From Enoplolaimus lenunculus (lineage: Eukaryota), in the NCBI GenBank assembly GCA_030248215.1, contig JASANG010003752.1, positions 372,001 through 436,000 on the forward strand: a DNA stretch of 64,000 nucleotides. Direction: 5' to 3'. Of the stretch, positions 50,385 through 63,639 are shown piece by piece (position 1 is the first letter of the stretch; each line of letters begins with the position of its first letter). A model generated the notes under the pieces. The model saw only the letters and a list, made by a program, of their open reading frames with translations, was not told the origin of the DNA and made no database searches. The translations under genes and the position numbers were made by a program.

Positions 50385-52405
50385 TTCTAAAGCATATTAA
50401 TAACGGTATTCTTGTGTCCCGAAATTTTTCCACTGGATATATCGCCCCTATTCCTCTCTTTGTAGACGTCCATGATACTACATAGCGTCCCAGACCGACG
50501 CAGCGGCGCCGTTTGAGCGACGCAAGGAAAAACGAAAAAGAATTTCGATTTAGAAAAAAGGAAACGCGAAAGTTGACACATAGTTTGACATTGGTGTACT
50601 GCCACAACAGTAGCGTAGTCTACGACAATTTCAGAAACGTTGCTGCATTTGCATTTTCATACAATCGTGTACAGGGGCATAGGTAGAATTTCATTTCGAG
50701 AAAGCTGAATTCATTTTTTCGACTCCAGTGAAACCAAGAGGTTATTAATCTAAAGCTTGTCAGGTTGGCGTTCTACTGGCACAGTAGAAATTTGGCTGAG
50801 GAGTGTATCCTCCATACTGATTAACTTGTATACGACCCTGAACGAGTACAAAATCACATCCGCATGCCTAACACGCAAAAATACTCAGCGTTCCAGAGCG
50901 TAATATTCGACGTTATATTTTGACAGTCAATTTTGTGTGGAAAATTTTTGGAAACGAAATTTTTTCTGTTATCGAAAAATCTATTCGATAAACCCTCTCT
51001 CTTTCTCTCTTTCTTTCTTTCTTTCTCTCTCTCTCTCTCATAACAGCGAGAGTCGTATGTAATGCAAAACGAAACAAAAGTCATGATCACGAACAGTGGC
51101 AAAATTCGGAAACTTCTGCCGGGGACACGTGCTATATAAACGGAAAAAAGCCCTGAGCGAAACGAGAGAGAAGCTAAACGTCATTGTAGCACTGAATCTT
51201 AACACCAATAGTGTGATCCTATTGGTGGGGCAGTTTAGGCCTGGCTGGCCCCCTTACAACGATCAGTGATCACGAGTAGAACAAACGCACGACAACTATT
51301 ACAACGGTGAAGCGAAAATCGCACTGCAAAATTTACATGCAGATATTTAATTTAAATGCAGATATTTCGATCTGCCAACAACAAAATGTAGCAAATAACC
51401 TTCGTTAATTATGGAAAACATTTTATTTCAATTTATATCGATAGCGTGGACGTTTAGTCGTGTATTTGTGGTCGAAAATAAATAAATATAGGTACTTCTA
51501 CGAGATTCAAGTGTTAAACTATGACAAATTATATGCCGAACGAACATTTTTTGCCGCGCCGCGCCTCCCCACTCACCTTACCCCCCCCCCCCCCCGGTGG
51601 CGGCTGGGTGCTCTCGACGAAACCGTTCCTCGCATGCGATGCGAACAAATTTTGTGCCTTCGGTGCAATTCAAGTTGAACATTGCCTTACTGACGTTTAT
51701 TTGACTTGTCGCTCGCTTCGCTTGCGAGTTTTCGACCGCTATTATGTATTGTGGCCCGCGTATGTGGTCCATCGTTTATAAATCGATAAATATTTTCATG
51801 ATACCCGTGAAACGTTTTTAGCCATCGCTTAGCATGTTGAGCTAGCTATTGGACTGGAACCAACGAGTTAAAATAAAGCCGTATTTTCTATGGCATTTTA
51901 GAAATGAGATAAACAGCCGTTCGCATAATCCCTGCTTCTTAAAAACCTTAGTTGTTCCTACAGTTTTAATTTTAAGCATGTCCAATTAATGTAAGTCAAC
52001 GGAACGCACTCAGTTTTAGCCACGCATCCTGTAACTGTCAAAAGCTCACATGGGCCCGTAACCAGCTTTAGCACCGGCTGCCACCAAACGTTGCCTGGTC
52101 TGGCAGGCGTGGATCATGACGTAATCAGGGCCTGAAGCCGATTCGTGTTGCGGTAACTACAAAAATGGTTGATGAAAAAACGTTGGTCAAAATATGCTTA
52201 CCGGTTCAAATTTTCCATTACGAAACCCTTGTCACGGGCACCTGGAAGGTGTGGGCCCTCCACTACGATCTGTAACTGTACTTAAATTTTAGATAACTTA
52301 GAACGAACTGAAATGCAATAAGCGTTTCAACTCGCCCGTCAACTACAAATTAAAACGTTGGTAATGAAAATTACTAAAACTGATGCCCAAAGCACAACAT
52401 TAACC

Positions 52406-52576
52406 CGGGTCTGTACCCAAAAAACGGGCCGGGGTGGTCTCAGCCCCCCTGGAAATATTTTGGCTCACCCTAGAAACTTTTTTCAACCTTGCTTGCAAGT
52501 CATTAAAAAAGCCTTGAATGTCTCTACTGAAAAGTTCTTAGCACCCCACTAGCAAGGTGAGCTGGCTACGGGACTG
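52406..52576. mobile_element. hAT-like MITE (CAGxCCCGTAGCCAG-type TIR)
   Basis: 8-bp TSD CATTAACC. Homologous copies at ~848-1010, 1250-1398, 2483-2647, 8339-8495, 8920-9072, 31704-31850 and 41820-41890. Confidence 0.8.
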
Positions 52577-52901
52577 CATTAACCAGAAAGCAAAGAGCCA
52601 GAAACAAATAAATTTGCATTTACAAACACTTTATATCGTTTAATATTTCACTGCAAACTGTGCATAGAGAATTGCTGCGGTATGCGACAGAAGCATCAAG
52701 CACTTTTGTTAGCCGCACTTAATTTTGTCCTTAAATGCAAAACAAGGTATGGAACCACTTCATGTAAGCGTTTTTGAGGGGGGCTTTTCTTCGTTTTCTC
52801 GAGAGAAAACGCATCACCCCACTCTTCCCTTTGTAATGCTTGAGTGAGAATGCATAACAGTTGTCACTTCGTTAAGTGTGCAGAACGATACCATGGTTTA
52901 A

Positions 52902-53159
52902 CCCTTTCACTCAAAGAGTATACTATGAGCAACTAAATACAAGTATATAAGCAACACAGACACTGTGAGTAGTGTTTAACAATTCTAACACATATGTGCA
53001 GTGCAAAACCTCCACAAGACGTGAGAGTTCAATCGGGCTCGATCGTCAAGCTCCAATAGCTGAGTGGTCATCGTAAACGCTTCCCACCCGAGAGACTAAT
53101 CGAATCTTTCCTTGAACTTGCATCTCATATGAAATTGAAATCATTCGTGTGAGAAAGGG
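52902..53159. mobile_element. piggyBac-like MITE containing a tRNA-like cassette
   Basis: TTAA|CCCTTTCAC...GTGAGAAAGGG|TTAA; internal TAGCTGAGTGG (A box-like). Confidence 0.7.
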
Positions 53160-56010
53160 TTAATATCAATTTTTCAGAACCAAGGTTGTCGTTCTTGACT
53201 ATAATCAGTAGTCTGGATTTGAGCGTATCGATTAATATAAGCAGGATTTTGGATTGGCAATTATCATATTTATAGCAGGTATTTAACCAATTGGAATCCA
53301 CTGTTTCGTTTTGATAAATTCAAATTCTCCGATCGCATATTGAATAAAACAAAAAAATAGTGGTATGCAATCTTCAGTGCACATCACTAAGCCCTACCTT
53401 ACAATTTTTCTACTCATTAATTTTTTGCTGATAAAATGATTAGGTTCCTCTATCTTACAATTTTGCGCAGCATACAGTAAAAATTGCGCTGCATAACATT
53501 TGCCGGTGGAAATTTCCGGATCCGCCGCTAATCCACATTTCAAATAAATTTATCGTATTCATAAATACGAGCGTATCAAATACACAACACCATCAATGCT
53601 CACAATTTTCAAAAATACGAAATTTCATTTGGTTAAACTGTCAAATATCAAAACAACACCAAAACCACGACTCTTGTATACTTTTCCACCACAGTTTTCT
53701 AAATTTTCTAATTTTGGCATAATATAGGCTTAGGATTAGGCTTAGACTTAACAAAACGAAATTAATTCAAGATCATTAGATTGAACTTTGACGAATATGC
53801 GTAACCACCTTAAAATGTCCAGACATTAAACCAAAACTATTTAAATGTTTAAAATTTCAAAAAAAAACAATTTACACTACATTCCTTCACAGCATCAAAC
53901 CTCGGCGTCGTTGTGAGTATGGAATGTTACAAGAAGTACTGCGTTGGCTGTTAATACATGAGGAAACTCATTTATAAAAATATGCAGTTGCAACTTGCAA
54001 GATGTTCATATACTTTACGGCGCATTTTAGTTATTAATGCAAGAATAACACTTGCACACACTGCAAGTGCAGTCTGCAATTCATGGGAACGAATATTGTG
54101 AATGCAAAAATTGAAAATTTTTCAACGTTTTCCTTTTATATTTGCGCAGCATGGAATCGAAAACACACCGTTAGACAGTTTGTTGTGTTATATTTATGAC
54201 CCGATGGACAAATGTATCACACAGGGTGGGTGGATGCGGGGGTGTACTCAACGGAGAATAACGGGATATATCATCCCGAAATTTTTGAACAAAGTCGAAA
54301 AACGCACCTTTTTCAAGATATAAAATCACACGCAAAGGCCGGAATGTAACCTACGCCAGAGGCGGATCCAAAAAATTTTTGACCGGGGGGAAAGGTTCGC
54401 CGGGCTGGCAAATGTTATGAAACGCAAAAATTGTAAGGTAGGAACCTTGCTATGTCGAATAATTAGCATAAATCCACAACTGTAAACTTTCAAACTTACT
54501 GTTTCATTTGATATCAACTTCAACATTCTGCGAGATGTGCTGTGTAGCACCTAACGCCAGTTGAATATAGATATTGAAACTTTTAAGCAAGTGAATGGTA
54601 ATATTGAAATATTACTTTATATTTCATGCTAAACATTAAATTAGCGAACAAATTCTAGCGACATCGGCACAGGCAGTTATGTGTAAGTAGGTACGGCAGA
54701 AGCCTTCTGGGTTTGTCAAACAATTCTTATATATGTAGGTATATAGAGTGAACAATACTTCTTAGTGGTGTCATACTGCCACTGTTTGAACTCACTGCTT
54801 AAGTAAATCCATGTAACACATGTAATTACCGTTACAGCATTTTTACCAGTGCTAGGAGGGTTTGAGCAAAAATACGTGCAAGTAGAAATTCTATAAAATT
54901 TATAAGTCATCTACAGCACCTCACAATAGTATCACAACGATTCGACGCCGACAACTCGTTGCCCAACAACTTGTAATCCCAAATTTCATCGATTCGACAA
55001 TTCGTCGCCTATCATTATACTTTAGGCGTAGGATGAAGCCTGGGATTATGCTTAGATTTATTAACTGGTTTTATACCAACGTTGGCAACAATTTGTCGGG
55101 TAACGATTTATCGTAGTAGATTCCTTTACAAAATCAGCTGGAGGAAAGGCCGCAGTCGCCAAGCCACTGCCATGTGCAACCTGCATTAACATTTATAGCT
55201 CAAATCTTAGACATCGTTGACAAATCGGACAGCTGGGATTTTAAAGTAAGACATATATGCAAGCATCTAATTCACTTTCTGTACTAAAAAATAAATTAAA
55301 CCATGTATACGACAAGTTTTGAACATGAAATCAAGCTTAATAAAATCACAGAAAGAAATTGCCTACAATTTTGAAACTTAAATACATATGATTTCAAACA
55401 CAACTCGCCTTTGTCGCTTTTTTTGAAGTTAGTCTCACCACTTGTCGGTTTTGCTAGTTATAAAATTAAACAATTCTTTGTCATCGCGAGGCCAACAAAA
55501 GTGAAAAAGTTTTTTTATCACAAAGCATTTAAAATAAAATCTGTGAAAATATTATTTTTATTTTGTGATTCAAAATCACGCAGCGTGGAATCACCACGTT
55601 GTATGAAATATAAGTACATCACAACGTGATCAGTGGTGTACCGAGGAATAACGATTGAAGGGCAGGAGTGTTTTCAATAGGACAGACAAAGGAGATATTA
55701 TATACTTCCTGCAATTTTTGTAGACTTAACAAGCTTTAGAATAACCGTCAAGCTTACACAAGTCGACCAAAATTTCTGTTACATCATTGGATTTCCTGTC
55801 GAGGTACGATCCTGAGTACTCACCATTTGACGGTGTCTGCAACGATTGCAAAATAGACTAAAATATTAGCGACAAAATTAGCAAATTGTCAACTATGTTT
55901 GAGGAGACAATGTCTTTATGTTACAGTAATTAATTTCTAAGGCCCGGACCCCTGTGTGCCCTTGAAAGTGATAATATGCGAAAATCGACTTATTGGCGTA
56001 CCATTAATTT

Positions 56011-56202
56011 GGCCAATGTTACTTTAAAGGGCGTGACCGTAGATTAAGCGTATTCTTAAGCCTAAGCCTAAGCGTTGCAAGAATGTGTTCCTAAGCGTAA
56101 GCCTAAGCCTAAGCCTAAGCAAAAAACATGCAATCTAGAATCTAAACGTACTCTTTTATAGACCCACCAGAAATCTGGACGCCCCTTAAAGTATCATGGG
56201 CC
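56011..56202. mobile_element. TTAGGC-carrying MITE, family B (TIR GGCCAATGTTACTTTAAAGGGGCGT), 8-bp TSD
   Basis: TSD ATTAATTT on both sides; internal GCCTAA repeats. Confidence 0.9.
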
Positions 56203-56655
56203 ATTAATTTTGCATAAAACTTATCAAAGATTGTTACAGCGTTGAATGTGATAAAATGTCTTGGTATAGCAGTAGAATTACACCTTGGGAGAGAATGAAT
56301 TTATGTAAAAATGAAGATTTGTTAGACTCCAGGATCGAGAAGATTATTTTAAAGCCTGCCAAAAATACAGTCTTTTGTATCCCCCCAAAAATTTTGAGTT
56401 CGGATAAATCGCGTCGTAGACGACGTTGATAATATGATTCATACTGAAACCAAAATTCACTGCGAACACTGATTAAATTTTGACGAAAGCTGATCATTTG
56501 TTGCTGATCGAATATGCGTCGGTAAATCTGAGGCTTTTCTGTTGGAAATACGATACTTTTTGCACAAAAATGATGACGATGATGATAAAGTTAACGTCAG
56601 CTTTGAAATTTAATATTTCATTTAAATAGCAAAGACTGCTACGACTTTATGAGCT

Positions 56656-58541
56656 AAAAATCAAGGTATCTATTCTGAAATGCGCTTAGCTACTTTCACC
56701 AGTTAGTAATAGGTTTTCAAATGAACTAAAAAAAATCAAAGAATCTATTTTGAAATGCGCTTAGCTATTATTACCAGTTAGTAATAGGTTTTCAAATGAA
56801 CTAAAAATCAAGGAATCTATTCTGAAATGCGCTTAGCTACTTTCACCAGTTAGTAATAGGTTTTCAAATGAACTAAAAATCAAGGAATCTATTCTGAAAT
56901 GCGCTTAGCTACTTTCACCAGTTAGTAATAGGTTTTCAAATGAACTAAAAAAATCAAAGAATCTATTTTGAAATGCGCTTAGCTATTATTACCAGTTAGT
57001 AATAGGTTTTCAAATGAACTAAAAATCAAGGAATCTATTCTGAAATGCGCTTAGCTACTTTCACCAGTTAGTAATAGGTTTTCAAATGAACTAAAAATCA
57101 AGGAATCTATTCTGAAATGCGCTTAGCTACTTTCACCAGTTAGTAATAGGTTTTCAAATGAACTAAAAAAAATCAAAGAATCTATTTTGAAATGCGCTTA
57201 GCTATTATTACCAGTTAGTAATAGGTTTTCAAATGAACTAAAAATCAAGGAATCTATTCTGAAATGCGCTTAGCTACTATTACCAGTTAGCGATAGGTTT
57301 TCAAATGAACTTAAAATCAAGGCATCTATTCTGAAATGCGTTTAGCTACTTTCACCAGTTAGTAATAGGTTTTCAAATGAACTAAAAATCAAGGAATCTA
57401 TTCTGAAATGCGCTTAGCTACTTTCACCAGTTAGTAATAGGTTTTCAAATGAACTAAAAAAAATCAAAGAATCTATTTTGAAATGCGCTTAGCTATTATT
57501 ACCAGTTAGTAATAGGTTTTCAAATGAACTAAAAATCAAGGAATCTATTCTGAAATGCGCTTAGCTACTATTACCAGTTAGCGATAGGTTTTCAAATGAA
57601 CTTAAAATCAAGGAATCTATTCTGAAATGCGCTTAGCTACTTTCACCAGTTAGTAATAGGTTTTCAAATGAACTAAAAATCAAGGAATCTATTCTGAAAT
57701 GCGCTTAGCTACTTTCACCAGTTAGTAATAGGTTTTCAAATGAACTAAAAAAAATCAAAGAATCTATTTTGAAATGCGCTTAGCTATTATTACCAGTTAG
57801 TAATAGGTTTTCAAATGAACTAAAAATCAAGGAATCTATTCTGAAATGCGCTTAGCTACTATTACCAGTTAGCGATAGGTTTTCAAATGAACTTAAAATC
57901 AAGGCATCTATTCTGAAATGCGTTTAGCTACTTTCACCAGTTAGTAATAGGTTTTCAAATGAACTAAAAATCAAGGAATCTATTCTGAAATGCGCTTAGC
58001 TACTTTCACCAGTTAGTAATAGGTTTTCAAATGAACTAAAAAAAATCAAAGAATCTATTTTGAAATGCGCTTAGCTATTATTACCAGTTAGTAATAGGTT
58101 TTCAAATGAACTAAAAATCAAGGAATCTATTCTGAAATGCGCTTAGCTACTATTACCAGTTAGCGATAGGTTTTCAAATGAACTTAAAATCAAGGAATCT
58201 ATTCTGAAATGCGCTTAGCTACTTTCACCAGTTAGTAATAGGTTTTCAAATGAACTAAAAATCAAGGAATCTATTCTGAAATGCGCTTAGCTACTTTCAC
58301 CAGTTAGTAATAGGTTTTCAAATGAACTAAAAAAAATCAAAGAATCTATTTTGAAATGCGCTTAGCTATTATTACCAGTTAGTAATAGGTTTTCAAATGA
58401 ACTAAAAATCAAGGAATCTATTCTGAAATGCGCTTAGCTACTATTACCAGTTAGCGATAGGTTTTCAAATGAACTTAAAATCAAGGCATCTATTCTGAAA
58501 TGCGTTTAGCTACTATTACCAGTTAGCGATAGGTTTTCAAA
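56656..58541. repeat. 72-bp tandem satellite, ~26 units, with higher-order periodicity
   Basis: Unit AAAAATCAAGGAATCTATTCTGAAATGCGCTTAGCTACTTTCACCAGTTAGTAATAGGTTTTCAAATGAACT with four recurring variants. Confidence 0.97.
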
Positions 58542-58708
58542 TTAACAACCTTCTAGTCAAATGCGAAAAATGTGCTGAATATCGAACTTGAAAATTTACT
58601 GGTTCGGAAGTTACAGGACCTAATACCAACTGGCGATTACTGCTGCAGATATTTGAAAATACGAACCTAAGAGTCGGATGCAATGTTTTCAACACAGAAT
58701 ATACTGTA

Positions 58709-59140
58709 CTGTAGTGACCCGAATAAAACGGGGGACTGATATTTATTTGGCCTCTCCAGAGGGTACCCCCTGTAATTCGGTTACGGACTGTTATTTATTT
58801 TTAACCCGCCCTTCGTCACTGATATATATCCGGTATTGCAACTATCCGTTCAATTAAACGTTTAATTGTCTTGTGTCATTTGCTTCAGCGATAATGCAAT
58901 GCTATACTTAGAAATGTACTATCAAAACTTAAGTACGCTTTAAAATTTGGAACTCAACTTTATCTGGTCGCGGAGTCATTTATGCGCTACAATTAGGCAT
59001 AATTGACATTTATGGACTCTAATTAGGGTTTAGGGACTCTATCCGCTTACGGACACTTATTAGGAATACGGACATCTATTGACTTCGACTCAAAACGGGG
59101 ACCCCCTCTTATTATCCTCCTCTTATTCGGGTCACTACAG
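58709..59140. mobile_element. Tc1/mariner(pogo)-like MITE, ~430 bp, TA TSD
   Basis: TIR CTGTAGTGACCCGAATAA flanked by TA on both sides. Confidence 0.88.
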
Positions 59141-59631
59141 TACCCCTGTTGCATACTGTTGTCAGACAGTCAGACTGCAATGATGACCCACTCTTGGCAG
59201 TATAAACACTGTGTTCAATAACATTTTGTACACATATCGGAACGTATATATCTCGAGACTGTTGTAACAAACATAGTAGATATTGTTCTCATATCAGCTA
59301 TCATTTGAACGCTTCGTTGAGTACTTAGTACAAATTTTGACAATGCAAATATTCTGTTCTAAATTGCGCGATTCCAATTCTTGGTATTTCGTTTAAAATT
59401 GAATACAAAATTGGCTGTATTCACAGCGATTGCGTAAGTTCAAACGCAGATATTACCCCAACTGAACAGCGATCAAATAGCAAAGACAGTATTTTTAAAA
59501 TAATAATAATATCAGATTTAACACTTTTGTCTAAAAGGTGGAGTTATAATTTTTTAAAATTTTATTATTCTCCGTCGCTGTGCGTCGCTCGCCGCCCGTA
59601 GCTGTTTGTTACCTTGCGGTATTGCACGTTC

Positions 59632-59798
59632 GGCCAATGTTACTTTAAGCGGCGTAACAGTAGATTAAGCGTATTTCTAAGCCTAAGCGTTGCAAAAATG
59701 TGTTCCTAAGCCTAAGCAAAAAAATGTAATCTAGAATCTAAACTTACTGTTTTATGGACACACCAGAAACCTGGACGCCCCTTAAAGTAACATGGGCC
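59632..59798. mobile_element. TTAGGC-carrying MITE, family B
   Basis: Perfect TSD GCACGTTC. Confidence 0.9.
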
Positions 59799-60160
59799 GC
59801 ACGTTCATTAGTCGTGTACGATACCACAAGTGCCGTACGACGACGGACGGCAACGTTTGTCGCCGTACGACAAGCATAGCGTCACACTAAGGGATACAGC
59901 GTCAATAATTGAAAATAATTTTAGCTTTAGGCTTAACAAATCGGCTACTCTGGTGGTAGAAAAAGGTGGCCATATGTGGACCCACAAAAATTATTTAGGA
60001 ATGCCACGAACGTGCATCTGCGCCGTATTGCCTGCAGATGCCGGTACCGACATTAACGATCCACGGGTTAATTATGCATGTTGAATGGCGTTTAAATTTC
60101 AGTTTCAATCTGAACATACAGTTCACAGTAGAGCGATCAACAGAATTACCAAAATCTTAC

Positions 60161-60355
60161 CGTATTTGAAACCCTTTCAACTCGTCGAAATTGTTCCGTG
60201 GTCCGCGTTTGATTTTTTCGTACGCAGAGTCTGCTTCGTATTGTCTTTCGCGACGTTGAAAGTCTTCGTCAATATTATCACTTGAATGACGTGAAAACCG
60301 GAGACTGCTTGTGCTGCTCTGCGAACTTGGTTTCGCCATAAATGAACTGTCGTTG
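60161..60355 (-). CDS. Probable upstream exon of the Shroom-like gene (possible start ATG at 60339)
   Basis: TTTCAG acceptor, open frame, CG|GTAAGA donor in phase 2, matching the phase-2 acceptor at 41385 across an ~18.8-kb intron. Would give ~762 aa from the ATG at 60339. The link is inferred only from phase and strand. Confidence 0.55.
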
Positions 60356-61864
60356 CTGAAATTATACAAAATGTAATTGTGAAATTGAATTTAAGTTTGC
60401 ATTTTAAAACTTGTGAATATCATGTGTGACGCTCACCAATGTTAAAAAATTTTCTAAACACTACATGGTTGCAACCAGCGATGTGGACGTGCGCAGCAAA
60501 ATACTAGGCGGGTTGTGGTCCGACCGCGAAACGCGGACCTGACCGCATAACGTCGGAGCGCACCGCTTGCAGTCTGGCCCGAACCGGAACAATTGCCAAT
60601 TAACTTTTTTGCTGCGTAATTTTAAGATTGGTGAGAAGCAATATTGGTTCAAATTTCGCTAGCATGGGCGTTTTCACAAGGTGTAATTCATCCATACATC
60701 GCAACCTGAAATTTTGTTTTGAAACTACAACTTGTAGAGAACCCCGATGTGTGGCTTTCGTGGCGGTCAACGTTAGGCAAGACACGGCTGTGTTCTAGCG
60801 TAAAGATGGTAAAATAATTGCAAGGTTCGCCGCAAATTAAACCTTTTATTTGAAGCGGCTACTATGGTTTTGGCAAGTTATTTCTATTTACTGTTTGTAA
60901 TCACACGTCTCCGACATTTGTGCATTTTGTTAGATTGGCTCTATACTTATTGGTGACATTAATGTCATCCTTCGCCGGCCGTCTCCGGGCATCACCGTGC
61001 GGTGTCGTACGCGAATTAGCATTTGGCTCTCTACGGCAAGTCGCATATGATGCCGTACGGCGACGGACAGGTGACGCACGTGGCCACACCACAACTATTA
61101 CACCGCCCTCACTAGTAAGAATTTCATCGATACGACCCCCAAACCAAATCCTGACTACGAACATACGAACTGGTCACTTGCTTTATTCTATCATAAAAGC
61201 CCCCTCTCTCCCATCACATCTAATGATTCGAATAATAAATAATGCTTAAGGCTTTTAGAGTCAGGCTTAAGAAAATAATACCACAGTTTAATGCGTGAAG
61301 GCGTTTGAATTCTATCAAATTAACACTATAATGTGAGTGCGGCCATCTGACCAAACTACACGCGCACTGTTAAAAACATACCAAAAATACCACATTACAG
61401 CCATTATTTGAACCCAAAATCAATTCTGATTCGTTGCGTTCAGTTTAAACGTAAACAAATATTTGTTCGTCGATAGAAAATAAATGGTAAAATAATAAAT
61501 AAACAGTCAACAGGATTTAAATAGCAACACTGTTCAAAAATAGAAAATTGATTTGAAAACGAACAAAAAGTTTGGATATTACGCTTAACCGTTATTTGAA
61601 TCACGCTAAGTTCGATAAATCAGCGGCTCAAATAACCGTGCACCAATTTGGTGATATTTATAATGGCAAAAATGCTAAAATAATCTATACCTGATTAAGC
61701 ACATTAAGCTTCTGCTTTCACCTGGTCGAAAGGCGGTGTCAATTTTTGAAAAATATAACTGCAACTATAAAACCCAAATATTTGAATCCTAGACTGTTTA
61801 GTATACACAGCCGTCGATACATTGGTTGGGTTTCTGAAATCTTACCTTAGGCATTTACTTAAGC

Positions 61865-62065
61865 GGCCACTGTAAAGAACAGGGACGGAGCAGTATTATA
61901 AGCATATTCCTAAGTCTAAGCCTAAGCTTAAGCCTAAGCGTAAGAATGAACATATTCCGATGTCTAAGCCTACGAATAAGCCACGCAAAAAATTAGTCTA
62001 AAGCTTAAGCTTACACTTTTGTAGTCCCACAGAAAATCGTTCTGCCCCTGATCTTTATATGGGCC
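61865..62065. mobile_element. TTAGGC-carrying MITE, family A
   Basis: GGCC...GGCC TIRs with an internal GCCTAA array. Confidence 0.8.
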
Positions 62066-63268
62066 ACTAAGCTATACTTTAAACCAATTATTTAATTCAT
62101 CGACTTAATAAAGGCCTCATGTAGGCCATTGTCATAATAAAACTGAGATATTTTTGCTTTATATTACGGAGGTACCATGAGTGTATGATCTTAATTAAGC
62201 CAAGGCTAATATACCTAAACTGTTACTCTGTAATATATCAAATTTAGTCAAAAAAGTATTAACTTAACTTAAGTACGCTTTTAAAAACGAAAATAGTTAA
62301 GTAATTACTTAGCACTTAAGTAGGGTATCAGAAACGCAGGCAATATCAGTTTACAAAGAATTTTATCTATTAACACCTTGGTCACAGTTTGGCAATATTT
62401 TGCCACCAGGCGGAGTTACAGAGGTCAAACCTTTTTTAATAATTTTCATTCCGAAGTTTCAGGAGCTTTTTCAGTTGGCAACACAAAAACGATTTTGAAA
62501 TTTTTATTAAACGCATTTGTTTTCAAAAATTATCGCTGTGATAATGCGGCTTTGTACAAAAATTAATTATATTAATTATGTAAGCCGTTGGAACTTTTCG
62601 TGGTGTTTCTACACAAATAAAACGTCCAAAGTTGTATAACCAGAGGCAGAAATGCTTTGAGTACGATTGGGGCAATTTTGTTTCATTGACATTTAGGGCC
62701 AGAGTTTAAACTACAATTTATCACACAACATTGGCATTTATCTAAACCACTTTCACCGCACAATTCTATCCGATATTTACAAGAGTGACTCTCTGGTTAA
62801 TTTTAATTTATAGTAAATCAAAATTGTTCAAACCCAGAATAAAACTCAAATTTGAGAATAAGAGTTTTTTCTGGGTTGTGACTCCGTGTTTAATTGAAAT
62901 TTATGAAAATTTTGGCACAGTAAAAACAGTTCACAGAAACTGAAGACTCGATCATTGAAAATTAAAATCGTATTTGAAATGTGAATAACTTTGAAACTTT
63001 GAAATTTAAAAATAACTTTGTAAAATTAGTCTCAACCATTAATTGGCAATAACTGCGAAAATGTTCAAAGGCGAAACGAAACAATATCGCGTTCAGTCGG
63101 TGTTCATTGTTGTTTCAAACAAAATTATGTATTGTCTTCAAGGTTGGACATATTCAATTGTTATATTCTATTCGAGCATCTAATGCTAATTAACTATATT
63201 TAACATGAGTAAATAATTTTCGTTCTCGTCTTATTTAAATATACGTCGAGACAACATCGTTGGTTTTA

Positions 63269-63639
63269 CACTTGCAAAAAATGGTGAGTCAAATTGACTC
63301 TCCCCGAAATAGGCTTCTCCGGACTACACAAACTGAGTCAAAATTGACTCTTAGCGAAATAGGCTTCGCAGAACTACACAAACTGAGTCAAAATTGACTC
63401 TCAGCGAAATAGGCTTCGCCGAACTACACAAACTGAGTCAAAATTGACTCTCCCCGAAATAGGCTTCTCCGGCCTACACAAATTGAGTCAAATTCAACTC
63501 CGCCTGAGTCAAATTTGACTCACTGAGCGACTCACTGAGTCGAATTTGACACTGGCGGAGCCGAATTTTGACTCAGTTTGTGTAGTCCGGAAGAGCCAAT
63601 TTCGGAGAGAGTCAATTTGACTCACCATTTTTTGCAGTG
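63269..63639. mobile_element. CACTA/EnSpm-like palindromic MITE with internal ~50-bp repeats
   Basis: CAC(T)TGCAAAAAAT...ATTTTTTGCAGTG TIRs flanked by TA; tandem CTACACAAACTGAGTCAAAATTGACTCT units. Confidence 0.8.

Noticed and set aside
60901..61249. GC-richer ORFs on both strands near 61 kb
   Set aside because: No recognisable homology or convincing splice pairing; may be promoter or UTR sequence.
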